Source: Alphaproteobacteria bacterium
Lineage (GTDB): Bacteria; Pseudomonadota; Alphaproteobacteria; SP197
Assembly: GCA_965204785.1 (NCBI GenBank)
Contig: OZ242015.1
Location: 3,490,575 to 3,554,574, forward strand
DNA length: 64,000 nt
Direction of reading: 5' to 3'
The notes beneath the pieces are model-generated. The model was given only the letters and a program-made list of their open reading frames with translations. It did not search any database and was not told the DNA's origin. How positions within the stretch are numbered: the stretch's first letter is position 1; each line of letters starts with the position of its first letter. Below, piece after piece: positions 19,528 through 28,392 of this stretch. The translations under genes were made by a program, and so were the position numbers.

Positions 19528-20418
19528 CTAGGAATCGCTTTCCGCGCGTCCCAGAACGTCGGTCAGGCTGGTCTGGCCGCTGCCGGGACGCAGGGGCTGC
19601 TGTTGCGAAGCATGGGGTGCCCAGCCGGTCAGGTAGAGCGCGTCGAAGGTCGCGGGAATGCGTCTCTCGCTGTCGCCGAAGCGCTCGGCATAAAGCTCGG
19701 CGGCGGCAAACAGCACGTCACGCCGGGCCATGCCGCGGGGCCGCTCGGCCACGGCATTGGTTTCGCCCATGACCCGCAGGTCGCGCATCAGGGTAAGGGC
19801 GTCGGGATAGCTGACATCGATCCGGTCGATGTCGATGACGGGGAGCGCAAATCCGACGCGCTGGAGAAGACCGCCGGCATCGCGCACATCGACCATGGGC
19901 GAAAGACGTGGCGACAACCCACCGGTCACGGTCACCTCGGCATCGGCGAGCACACCGCGCAATTCATGGAGCGTTTTGCCGCCCAGGATCGAGGCCAGAA
20001 ACAGGCCGTCTGGCCGAAGCGCGCGGCGTATCTGGGCCAGCGCGCCCGGCAGGTCGTTGCTCCAGTGCAGCGCCAGGCTGCTGACGATGAGATCGAGACA
20101 GGCGGGCGCCAGCGGTGGAAGCTCTTCGTCCGCGACCATGCGCAAGCCGCTGCCACGTCGGATGAACGGGCCGGCGCTGTCGCACTGCACAAGGGTTTCG
20201 ATGCCGTTGCGCCGCTCCAGGCCCTCGCGCAGCGCGCCGTCACGCGCGCCAAGCTCTAGGGCGAGCGGGAAGGAAAGCGTGATGTCGTCCAGACGATCCA
20301 GCAGGCGCTTCCCGACTTCGCGGAAGAGGAACTCACTGTTCTCGCTGGCCATCCGCCCGGCGCGTTCGCGATGGCGCCGCCATGCTGGCCGGTCGAAGGG
20401 AGCGGTCGTCTCGGTCAT
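19528..20418 (-). CDS. Class I SAM-dependent methyltransferase (BioC/NDUFAF5-like)
   Basis: A methyltransferase fold with LDLIVSSLALHWSNDL (motif II-like), ~296 aa, starting at MTETTAPFDRPAW. Confidence 0.6.
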   Translation of the reverse strand: MTETTAPFDRPAWRRHRERAGRMASENSEFLFREVGKRLLDRLDDITLSFPLALELGARDGALREGLERRNGIETLVQCDSAGPFIRRGSGLRMVADEELPPLAPACLDLIVSSLALHWSNDLPGALAQIRRALRPDGLFLASILGGKTLHELRGVLADAEVTVTGGLSPRLSPMVDVRDAGGLLQRVGFALPVIDIDRIDVSYPDALTLMRDLRVMGETNAVAERPRGMARRDVLFAAAELYAERFGDSERRIPATFDALYLTGWAPHASQQQPLRPGSGQTSLTDVLGRAESDS

Positions 20419-20489
20419 GACGCGTCTTGTGCCCTGTTGTGTCCCTGGCGGCAACGGCGGACTTGACCGCCTACAATCCTAGGTGCGGG

Positions 20490-21242
20490 ATGGGGGGTAT
20501 GCATCTCGCCGGACCCATGCGTGCGACCGGAAAGCGCCTTCTCGACATCGTTCTGCCGCTGCGCTGCCTGAGCTGTGGCGTCATTGTCGACTCCGGCGCC
20601 CTGTGCCCTGCATGTTGGAGCGAGCTCGACCACATCTCCGCGCCGGCCTGTTCGCGCTGCGGGCTACCCTTCGGCCATGACGAGGGCTCGGATGCGGTCT
20701 GCGGCGGTTGCCTAGCCAGTCCGCCCGCGTTCGACCGTGCCCGTGCGGCCCTGCGTTACAACGATCTCGCAGCCCGGCTCATCGTCGGGTTCAAGCACAG
20801 CGACAAGCTGCACCACCAAGGTGCCTTCGTGCGCTGGCTGGAACGCGCGGCGGGGCCGGATCTGGCCGCCGCCGATCTCGTCTGCTGTGTGCCGCTCCAC
20901 CGTCGCCGGCTGTGGCATCGCCGGTTCAACCAATCGGCGCTGCTCGCCAATGCGCTGGCCCATCATGGCGGAAGGACCGCCGCACCCGAACTTCTGGTGC
21001 GACGCCACGCCACGCCCTCGCAGGCGGGCTTGAATCGGCGTCAGCGCATCGAGAACCTGCGCGGTGCCATGATCGTGCGCCCGGACATGGAAGATCGCGT
21101 GAAGGACTGCCGCATCTTGCTCGTCGATGACGTCTTCACAACGGGCGCCACCGTGAATGCCTGTGCCAAGGCCCTGCGCAAAGCCGGGGCGGGTCACATC
21201 GGCGTGGTCACCCTTGCACGTGTCGTGCGCGAGACCACGTAG
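20490..21242 (+). CDS. comF: ComF family protein (double zinc ribbon + phosphoribosyltransferase domain)
   Basis: CLSCGVIVDSGALCPACWSEL...CSRCGLPF...CGGC zinc ribbons and a C-terminal PRTase motif ILLVDDVFTTGATV. The start is uncertain between 20490 and 20499. Confidence 0.75.
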   Translation: MGGMHLAGPMRATGKRLLDIVLPLRCLSCGVIVDSGALCPACWSELDHISAPACSRCGLPFGHDEGSDAVCGGCLASPPAFDRARAALRYNDLAARLIVGFKHSDKLHHQGAFVRWLERAAGPDLAAADLVCCVPLHRRRLWHRRFNQSALLANALAHHGGRTAAPELLVRRHATPSQAGLNRRQRIENLRGAMIVRPDMEDRVKDCRILLVDDVFTTGATVNACAKALRKAGAGHIGVVTLARVVRETT

Positions 21243-21287
21243 AGCGGGTCACAATCGGACCAAACTCCGTGCGATTGTGACCCGCTC
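21243..21287. promoter_or_regulatory. 16-bp-arm perfect inverted repeat between comF and grxC
   Basis: GAGCGGGTCACAATCG-gaccaaactccgtg-CGATTGTGACCCGCTC sits immediately after the comF stop. It has no trailing T-tract, so it is an operator/attenuator candidate rather than a classic terminator. Confidence 0.4.
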
Positions 21288-21327
21288 GAACCGTGATACG
21301 CTTGTATTGAATCTTCGGGAAAACGCT

Positions 21328-21591
21328 ATGGCCGACGTCGTCATCTACACCACCATGCTCTGCCCCTTCTGCCATCGGGCCAAGCGCCTGCTGAAGGAGA
21401 AGGGCGTGGCGTTCGAGGAGATCGACGTCACCATGAGTTCCAAGAAACGCGCCGAAATGACCGAGCGCGCCAACGGCGGCTACACGGTGCCCCAGATCTT
21501 CATCGATGGAGAGCCGATTGGCGGCTGCGATGGTCTCTATGCGCTCAATCATGCCGGTGAGCTCGACGCCAGACTGGGAGTGGCGGCATGA
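21328..21591 (+). CDS. grxC: Glutaredoxin 3
   Basis: VVIYTTMLCPFCHRAKRLL is the CPFC active site, and TVPQIFIDGEPIGGCD follows. Confidence 0.85.
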   Translation: MADVVIYTTMLCPFCHRAKRLLKEKGVAFEEIDVTMSSKKRAEMTERANGGYTVPQIFIDGEPIGGCDGLYALNHAGELDARLGVAA

Positions 21592-22436
21592 CTAAGCTTT
21601 CCATCGCCTGCGTTCAGGTGAACGCCGACACCGACATGATGCGCAACATCGAGATTGCCTGCGACCTCGTGCGCCAAGCCGCCGATGCGGGCGCCGACCT
21701 GATTGGCCTGCCTGAGAATGTCGCGTTGATGGCCGCCAGCGAGGAGGAGCGGCTGGAAAACGCCTATCGGCCCGCCGATCATCCCGCGTTGAAGGCCTTT
21801 GCCGAGGTCGCCGCCGAAAAGGGGGTCTGGGTCCAGGCCGGTTCGGTCGCTGCGCTGCGCACCGACGGTTCGCTCGCCAACCATGCCTTCCTGTTCGACG
21901 ATCAGGGTCGCATCGCGGCCGATTACGAGAAGCTCCACATGTTCGATGTCGATCTTCCCGACGGTTCGCGCTACCGCGAGTCCACCATGTTCAATTCCGG
22001 CGATCAGGCGGTTCTGGCCTCCACACCTTGGGGTGTGCTGGGCATGACGATCTGCTATGACCTGCGCTTTCCGCACCTCTACCGCGATCTCGCCAAGGGT
22101 GGTGCGTCGATGCTGACCTGCCCCGCGGCCTTCACCAAGGTGACGGGCGATGCGCACTGGAAAGTGCTGCTGCGCGCCCGGGCCATCGAATGCGGCGCTT
22201 TTGTCTTCGCACCCTGCCAGACCGGCAACCATCCCGGCGACCGGCGCACCTGCGGCCACTCGCTCATCATCGACCCCTGGGGCGTTGTCCTGGCCGACAG
22301 TGGCACCGATGTCGGTTTCTGCATGGCCGAGGTCGATCTCTCCGAGGCCCAACGCGTGCGCACGACCATCCCCGCCTTGGAGCACGACCGCTCCTACACC
22401 CTGTCCGCCGCCCCGCAACGCCATGCCGCGGAGTAG
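21588..22436 (+). CDS. Carbon-nitrogen hydrolase family protein (Nit/omega-amidase-like), full length
   Basis: The E-K-C triad context is LIGLPE, YEKLHMF and MTICYDLRFP, and the length is 282 aa. The start overlaps the grxC stop. Confidence 0.8.
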   Translation: MTKLSIACVQVNADTDMMRNIEIACDLVRQAADAGADLIGLPENVALMAASEEERLENAYRPADHPALKAFAEVAAEKGVWVQAGSVAALRTDGSLANHAFLFDDQGRIAADYEKLHMFDVDLPDGSRYRESTMFNSGDQAVLASTPWGVLGMTICYDLRFPHLYRDLAKGGASMLTCPAAFTKVTGDAHWKVLLRARAIECGAFVFAPCQTGNHPGDRRTCGHSLIIDPWGVVLADSGTDVGFCMAEVDLSEAQRVRTTIPALEHDRSYTLSAAPQRHAAE

Positions 22437-22528
22437 GGTTGGAACGAAACTACCTCTTACCGTCATGGCATGGCTTGACCTGGCCATCCATGCCTGAGTC
22501 TGTGCACGCATGCTGACGGTCAGGTGGG

Positions 22529-22817
22529 TCACCAGCTCCACATACACACCAAATCGTTCCAGTCAGGACTGCTCTTCTCGATCAGCGCAATCTTCCACAC
22601 ACGTTTCCATTTCTTGAAGCGCCATTCCCGCTGAATTGCGTTGGTCATCCGCTCATAGAATTTCACATGGACCAAACGTTATGACACCGTAGCGATTGGT
22701 GAAGCTGCCAGATTTGCCAGTCCGGCGTTGTGTGATATGCGCCGAGAGGTTGCTGGTGCTTCCGGCATAGAGGGTGTCGTCCTTGCTGCTCGCCAGAATG
22801 TAGAGTGCCGTCTGCAC
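22529..22817 (-). pseudogene. GIY-YIG nuclease family protein with an apparent +1 frameshift
   Basis: One minus-strand frame gives QTALYILASSKDDTLYAGSTSNLSAHITQRRTGKSGSFTNRYGVITFGPCEIL*. The adjacent frame continues RLVHVKFYERMTNAIQREWRFKKWKRVWKIALIEKSSPDWNDLV*, which is the canonical GIY-YIG C-terminus. The junction is at a TTT run near 22676-22680. Confidence 0.5.
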
Positions 22818-23090
22818 GGCGTGCTCACGGATGAAAAGTGCGCCAGTTAAAACGCTCAGGCATGGATGGCTAGGTCAAGCCGTGCCACGACGGCAAAAAT
22901 ACGGAATCATCGTTCACGCATTTTTGCCTGCCGAGTTTGTTGATCTCGTCTGTCGTGACTTCAACGAACGCGCTCTCCGGCGCTTCCAGACCGGCCTGCA
23001 TCTCCGCCTTCAGCATGGCCCATTACGGGATGCTCTAGTCAAGATGCAGCACGAAGCGTCCCACAAATACAATCTTCTGTGGGACCAATG

Positions 23091-23630
23091 TCACTCTCGC
23101 CGGGCGCAGATGCGCTGCACGACGGCCGGTTTGGGTTCGTCGACGATAAGGTCTTCAAAAGCCAGAACACGCAGCGTGCCCGTGACGGCGTCGAGCAGTT
23201 CGCCGGGTTTCAGCAAAAAATCGGGATTGCTGGGCTTGCCGAATTTCTCGTTGCCCTGCGCGAAGGTCTCGTAGAGCAGCACGCCGCCTGGTGCGACGGC
23301 CCCTACGATGGCCGGCAGCACGGGACGGTGGAGATAGTTGGCGACTACGACGGCCTCGAACCTGCGCGGTCCCAGAGGCCAGGGCGAGCCATCTTCCAGG
23401 TCGGCCTCGATCACCTCGGCATAGGGACGGGCAGCAAGGTCTTCCAGCGCGCCGGTCTTGCGGTCGATCGCCACCACGGGGTGGCCCCGTTTCAGGAAAT
23501 AGCGCGCATGCCTGCCGCCGCCCGCGGCAAGGTCCAGAACGGTGCCGCCCGACGGGATCAGGGATGCGAACCGTGCGATCCAGGCGCTGAGACGGTCCAT
23601 GGCGTCATGGTCGTGTGGGTTAGCGGGCAT
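23091..23630 (-). CDS. Small class I SAM-dependent methyltransferase
   Basis: TVLDLAAGGGRHARYFLKRGHPVVAIDR is the SAM-binding motif I, and the protein is 179 aa. Confidence 0.65.
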   Translation of the reverse strand: MPANPHDHDAMDRLSAWIARFASLIPSGGTVLDLAAGGGRHARYFLKRGHPVVAIDRKTGALEDLAARPYAEVIEADLEDGSPWPLGPRRFEAVVVANYLHRPVLPAIVGAVAPGGVLLYETFAQGNEKFGKPSNPDFLLKPGELLDAVTGTLRVLAFEDLIVDEPKPAVVQRICARRE

Positions 23631-23721
23631 GGTCGTGTTACCTTGTTCCAGACTGACACGGTGCCATATAGTGAACGTTGTTTCAGAGCCAAATGTCTGA
23701 TTTGGCGGGATTTATGAGACC

Positions 23722-24210
23722 ATGATCGTCTTTGACGTGAAATGCAGCAGGGACCATGTCTTCGAAGGCTGGTTTTCCAGCAATGCCGGCTTCGACGAGC
23801 AGGTCGCCGCCAGTAAGGTGGCATGCCCGGTCTGCGGCGATCTCAAGGTCGCCAAGGCGTTGATGGCGCCCAACGTCGCGACGACCAAGATTGCGCACAA
23901 GGGCGTTTCCAAGGAAGCGCCGGCTGGGAACCTGCCCGCGAAGAAGCCCGCGGCCGATACGGTGACGCTCGCCAAGCAGAAGGAGCAGGCGGGCCAGATG
24001 ATGGCCATGATGCGCGCGGTAAAGGACCACGTCGAAAAGAACTTCGACCATGTCGGCCCGAAGTTCGCCGAGGAAGCGCGCAAGATTCATTACGGCGAGA
24101 CCGAAAAGCGCAACATCTACGGTCAGGCGACTCGGGAACAGACTGAGGAGTTGCTGGACGAAGGCATTGAATTCGGCGCGCTTCCCGAACTTCCCAAACT
24201 CGACGGCTGA
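23722..24210 (+). CDS. DUF1178 family protein
   Basis: MIVFDVKCSRDHVFEGWFSSNAGFDEQ...VACPVCGD is the characteristic DUF1178 N-terminal zinc-ribbon-like motif. Confidence 0.6.
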   Translation: MIVFDVKCSRDHVFEGWFSSNAGFDEQVAASKVACPVCGDLKVAKALMAPNVATTKIAHKGVSKEAPAGNLPAKKPAADTVTLAKQKEQAGQMMAMMRAVKDHVEKNFDHVGPKFAEEARKIHYGETEKRNIYGQATREQTEELLDEGIEFGALPELPKLDG

Positions 24211-24289
24211 TTTCCCTTGAACGCCGCAGAGCGCAAGAACCGCATGCGGTGCGCCCCGTTATGCTGTAAATTCCCTTCACATAATTTGG

Positions 24290-24926
24290 TCCGGTGACAA
24301 GGAAGGATGCGGCGGCCGCTCGCAGCGCAAGTATCACCACGGCAATCTGCGCGAGGCGCTGATCGAGGCCGCCCTTGATCTCATCGGCACCAAGGGGCCT
24401 GCGGAGTTTATCTTTGCCGAAGCTGCGCGTTCGGCGGGCGTAAGCGCGGCGGCACCCTACCGCCACTTCCGCGACCGCGACGATCTGCTGGCCGACGTCG
24501 TGCGTCAGGGGTTCGAGCGGTTCGAGCAGTTCCTGGAGAATGCCTGGAACGACGGCAGACCCGATGCGCGCACCGCCGTGAGTTACCTTGGCAAGGCCTA
24601 TCTCACCTTACGCACGCACGGAACCGGCCTACTGTTCCACCATGTTCGAGGTAAACATCTCGTTCGACGACCGCCCGGAACTGCGCGAAGCGGGTGATCG
24701 CGCCTTCGAGATCGTGCGCAAGGTGGCCGAGGAACTCAGCGCCACGTTGCCCAGCCGTCCGCCCTCCCTGATGCTTGCACTCCACATCTGGTCGTTTGCC
24801 CACGGCATCGCATCGCTTTTCGCGCGCGACGATTCGGGTTGGCGCAGCCTGCCCATGACCCCCGAAGAGCTCTTGGAACTTGTCATCCGGGCCTTGAACC
24901 GGGATCCCGTCATGACGCGTTCCTGA
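24290..24926 (+). pseudogene. TetR/AcrR family transcriptional regulator disrupted by a frameshift
   Basis: The HTH region YHHGNLREALIEAALDLIGTKGPAEFIFAEAARSAGVSAAAPYRHFRDRDDLLADVV is in one frame. The C-terminal ligand domain ARTEPAYCSTMFEVNISFDDRPELREAGDRAFEIV... is in another. The junction is at ~24612, and no in-frame start precedes YHHG. Confidence 0.5.
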
Positions 24927-25008
24927 AGCAACGTGCGGAACGCGATCCCGGCTCCACGGCGCGATGCGTCTTGGTCGGGATGACACCGCTGTTTTCAGCC
25001 GTCAGGGG

Positions 25009-25278
25009 TCATGCCGACGGTCGATGAGGAAGACTCATCGGCTGTTGGTTTAACCACGTCTGATAGTTCAGATTGGGATACTGGTCCCAGCCAAGTGTTC
25101 GAATGACCGAGGCCAGCGCCTCGATCTTGCCGCTTTCGAGTACCCGGGTTTCAAACACGCCGCCGTTGAAACCGATCCAGGTCGTTTCGGAAAGGCAACC
25201 GTGCACCTCGTCACTGACACGGCGTTTGTGCACGTGTGCGACACGCACGGCCTCCATAGTTTCCAGGAACCGCGCCAT
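25009..25278 (-). CDS. Hypothetical protein (possible fragment)
   Basis: An 89-aa ORF, MARFLETMEAVRVAHVHKRRVSDEVHGCLSETTWIGFNGGVFETRVLESGKIEALASVIRTLGWDQYPNLNYQ..., embedded in a longer junk ORF. I recognise no family. The REP-like hairpin lies immediately upstream. Confidence 0.3.
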   Translation of the reverse strand: MARFLETMEAVRVAHVHKRRVSDEVHGCLSETTWIGFNGGVFETRVLESGKIEALASVIRTLGWDQYPNLNYQTWLNQQPMSLPHRPSA

Positions 25279-25321
25279 GGCGGTTGCGTCTTCCGGGACC
25301 GACTCCTCACAGCGCCAAACG

Positions 25322-25345
25322 GATCCCCAGCCTTCGCTGGGGATC
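25322..25345. repeat. REP-like hairpin, second copy of the CCCCAGC-CTTC-GCTGGGG core
   Basis: GATCCCCAGC-cttc-GCTGGGGATC shares its 18-nt core with the hairpin at 12332-12369. Confidence 0.5.
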
Positions 25346-25740
25346 GCCTCAGAGTTGATTGCCGCGCTGTCGCTTTTCTGACTGTTGCACGGAGATGGTG
25401 AAGACCCCTCCACCATGTCGCGACCAGCGAGCGCGATATCGCAAACGTGTAAGCCATCTCTGCGAACGCCTGAAAACGATGTCCAAGGGCCGTACATCGC
25501 GCCGGCGATGATGGTTGGCGGCTATGGGCATGAACCACAGCGATATCCGCTGCAGCGACTCTCGTGGTATGCGGTGCGATTCTATGCAAGGGGTGAATGC
25601 TTCGGCTTGTTTGTATGCTTCTCTCGGATTTCTTCGCCCTTCGTCCAGAGGCGGCCTGCCCAATGTCGCGGTTGGTTCCGGACGCTGCCACAACATCTAC
25701 TGTACATGGAGTTGAACCCGAAATTACCGTCTCCATTCTC

Positions 25741-27153
25741 TCAGAGGTCGGGTCGCCGCTCGGCCCAAGGCCGTGCCTTCTCCACCGCCGCGCCGATGCG
25801 CAGGACGGTGAGATCGTCGAAACGGTGGCCCACGATCTGCACGCTGGTCGGCAGGCCGCTGCTGTGCATGCCGGCCGGAACCGACATGGCGGGGCACTGT
25901 GCGACGTTGTTGAAGACCAGCGTCATATCGGAAGAGTTCATCTTGCCGTCGGGACGCATGCCGAACTGCTCGACGTCCGAACTGCCGGCGGGAGGTGCGG
26001 GAATGGGCGTGGTGGGACAGATCAGTGCATCGAAGCGCTCGAACACGTCGCACAGCTTGAACCACTGTTGCGTGCGCACGAACTCCAGGCGCTTGAAGTC
26101 GATGGCGCTGACCTTGCGCGCGGCGTCGAACATGGCGGCGATGTTGTGATCGAGATCGTTGCGTCGTGTGTCGAGATGCTGCTCGAAGAAGGCCGCGAGA
26201 TAGACGTTCCAGTATGTCAGCCAGGCATCGACGCATTCGGACGTCCAGCCCAGATCGACTTCCTCGACGATGGCGCCTGCCTCGCACAGGGCGGCCGCGC
26301 AGGCCTCCACATTCGCGGCGACCTCCTCATCCACGTGATAGATGCCAAGGTCCATGTCGAGCGCGATCCTGACGCCCTCCACGTCGCCGGCCACGGGGTG
26401 GGGAACCTCAATGGGCGTGGCGTTTGACATGATGTCGCGCTCGAACGGGCCCTGGGCGATATCCAGGAAGAGTGCGGCATCGTCGATCGTGCGCGCCAGC
26501 GGGCCGAAATGGCTGATATTGTCGAACACGGTGGGAAGCATCGTCATGGGAATGCGCCCCAGGCTGGGTTTCAGGCCCACTGCGCCGCAGAACGAGGCTG
26601 GAATGCGCACCGATCCGCCCATGTCGGACCCTTCGGCGAGTGGCACGCAGCCCGACGCGACGGCCGCCCCCGATCCGCCCGACGATCCGCCCGGCGTGCG
26701 TTCGGGGTTCCAAGGATTGCGCGTCGTGCCCCACAGCGGGCTGTGCGTGAACCCGTCATGGGCGAACTCCGGGGTCGTCGTCTTGCCCACCATGATTCCG
26801 CCGGAACCCAGCAGGTCTTTCACGATTTGCGCATCGTCGTCGGGCACGTTGTCCTTGTAGACGATGCTGCCCAGCGTCGTGGTCTTGCCCTTGGTCGGTG
26901 TGAAGTCCTTGATCGCGATGGGCACGCCGTGGAGCGGCCCCAGGGTATCGCCCCGCGCCACCATGGCATCGGCTTCCTTGGCCTTCGCCATCGCCTCTTC
27001 GGGGTAGATGAAGCAGAAACAGTTCAGCGTGCCGTTGACCTCCTCGATGCGCGCCAGACTGTTGGCGACGATGTCCTCCGATGTCATCTCCTTACGTGCG
27101 ATGCACCGGGCAAGTTCACTCGCGGAGGTAAAGCAGAGATCAAGATCGACCAT
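25741..27153 (-). CDS. Amidase (amidase signature family)
   Basis: The AS-family motif is GGSSGGSGAAVASG...GSDMGGSVRIPASFCG, in a 470-aa protein starting MVDLDLCFTSA. The ORF track's long N-terminal extension is spurious. Confidence 0.8.
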   Translation of the reverse strand: MVDLDLCFTSASELARCIARKEMTSEDIVANSLARIEEVNGTLNCFCFIYPEEAMAKAKEADAMVARGDTLGPLHGVPIAIKDFTPTKGKTTTLGSIVYKDNVPDDDAQIVKDLLGSGGIMVGKTTTPEFAHDGFTHSPLWGTTRNPWNPERTPGGSSGGSGAAVASGCVPLAEGSDMGGSVRIPASFCGAVGLKPSLGRIPMTMLPTVFDNISHFGPLARTIDDAALFLDIAQGPFERDIMSNATPIEVPHPVAGDVEGVRIALDMDLGIYHVDEEVAANVEACAAALCEAGAIVEEVDLGWTSECVDAWLTYWNVYLAAFFEQHLDTRRNDLDHNIAAMFDAARKVSAIDFKRLEFVRTQQWFKLCDVFERFDALICPTTPIPAPPAGSSDVEQFGMRPDGKMNSSDMTLVFNNVAQCPAMSVPAGMHSSGLPTSVQIVGHRFDDLTVLRIGAAVEKARPWAERRPDL

Positions 27154-27270
27154 GGTGTTTTCCCCTTGTCTCTCCTGATCCCATGCCAGCCCGCCGCGCA
27201 CGTCAAGGGCGGGCCGTGACACACCATGCGAAATTTTGCTAAACCTGATGCACGCAATCCCGGCAGGTTC

Positions 27271-28392
27271 ATGTCCCAAGGTTCTCTCGAACGTTATCAG
27301 GCGCTCTGCAAATCGGGCGCGCTGACAGCCGATCCCGCGCAGGAAGCCGTGGTCGAAAGTCTCGATACGCTGGCCCGTTCGCTCGACGCCGCACCGGCGC
27401 GCAGGCAGGGTTTTTTCGATCGGCTTCTGGGTCGGAAAGCGAAACCGTCCGGACCGCGCGGTGTGTACATCCATGGCGATGTCGGGCGCGGCAAATCCAT
27501 GCTGATGGATCTGTTCTTCGATACCGCGCCGGTCACGGGCAAACGCCGCGTCCACTTCCACGCCTTCATGCAGCGCGTGCATCGCCTGATCCACGAGGAA
27601 CGCCAATCCGAACGCCATGAAAACGATCACGACACCATCGGCGCTGTGGCCGATGCCGTGACTGCGAACGGCCACCTGCTGTGCTTCGACGAGTTTCATG
27701 TCACCGACATTGCCGATGCCATGATCCTGGGCCGTCTGTTCCAGCATCTCTTCGACCGTGGCGTCGTGGTCGTGGCGACCTCGAACCGGCATCCCCGCGG
27801 TCTCTATGCCGAAGGCATCAACCGCCAGCTTTTCCTGCCCTTCATCGATATGCTAGAAGACAAGCTGGAGATCGTCGCGCTCGACGCCAAGCAGGACTAC
27901 CGGCTCGCCTTCTTGGCTGAAACGGACGTCTATCTCGTTCCCGCCGACGAGAAGGCGCGCGCCGCGCTCAATGAGGCGTTCGCCCATCTGGTGGGTGGCG
28001 CCGAGCCCGACCCCGCGACGCTGGAAGTCCAGGGACGCACGCTGGAGGTGCCCTGCCAGGCACGCCACGTCGCGTGTTTTTCGTTCGCCGAGTTGTGCGA
28101 CCGGCCCTTGGGCAGCGCCGATTATCTGGCGCTCGCCGAGGCCTACCACACGCTCATCGTCGACGACATTCCGGCCATGACGATGGACCAGCGCAACCAG
28201 GCCAAGCGTTTCGTCACGCTGATCGATGTGCTCTACGACAACCACGTCGCACTGTTCTGTTCCGCCGATGCGCCGCCAGACGAACTTTATCCCTCCGGCG
28301 ACGGCGCGTTCGAATTCCAGCGCACCGCGTCGCGCCTGATCGAGATGCAGTCGGCGGACTACCTCGACAACACGCGGACGGAGGCGGCATGA
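27271..28392 (+). CDS. zapE: Cell division protein ZapE (AFG1-like ATPase)
   Basis: The Walker A is VYIHGDVGRGKSMLMDLFFD, with LCFDEFHVTDIADAM and SNRHPRGLY, colinear with E. coli ZapE. Confidence 0.8.
   Translation: MSQGSLERYQALCKSGALTADPAQEAVVESLDTLARSLDAAPARRQGFFDRLLGRKAKPSGPRGVYIHGDVGRGKSMLMDLFFDTAPVTGKRRVHFHAFMQRVHRLIHEERQSERHENDHDTIGAVADAVTANGHLLCFDEFHVTDIADAMILGRLFQHLFDRGVVVVATSNRHPRGLYAEGINRQLFLPFIDMLEDKLEIVALDAKQDYRLAFLAETDVYLVPADEKARAALNEAFAHLVGGAEPDPATLEVQGRTLEVPCQARHVACFSFAELCDRPLGSADYLALAEAYHTLIVDDIPAMTMDQRNQAKRFVTLIDVLYDNHVALFCSADAPPDELYPSGDGAFEFQRTASRLIEMQSADYLDNTRTEAA

Noticed and set aside
22831-23274. A 147-aa plus-strand ORF
   Set aside because: It overlaps the minus-strand 48-aa ORF and the methyltransferase 3' end, and has no recognisable features.
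25068-25736. A 222-aa minus-strand ORF between the TetR pseudogene and amidase 1
   Set aside because: It is Arg-rich and low complexity, and overlaps the REP hairpin and the better 89-aa ORF in another frame. It is judged spurious.
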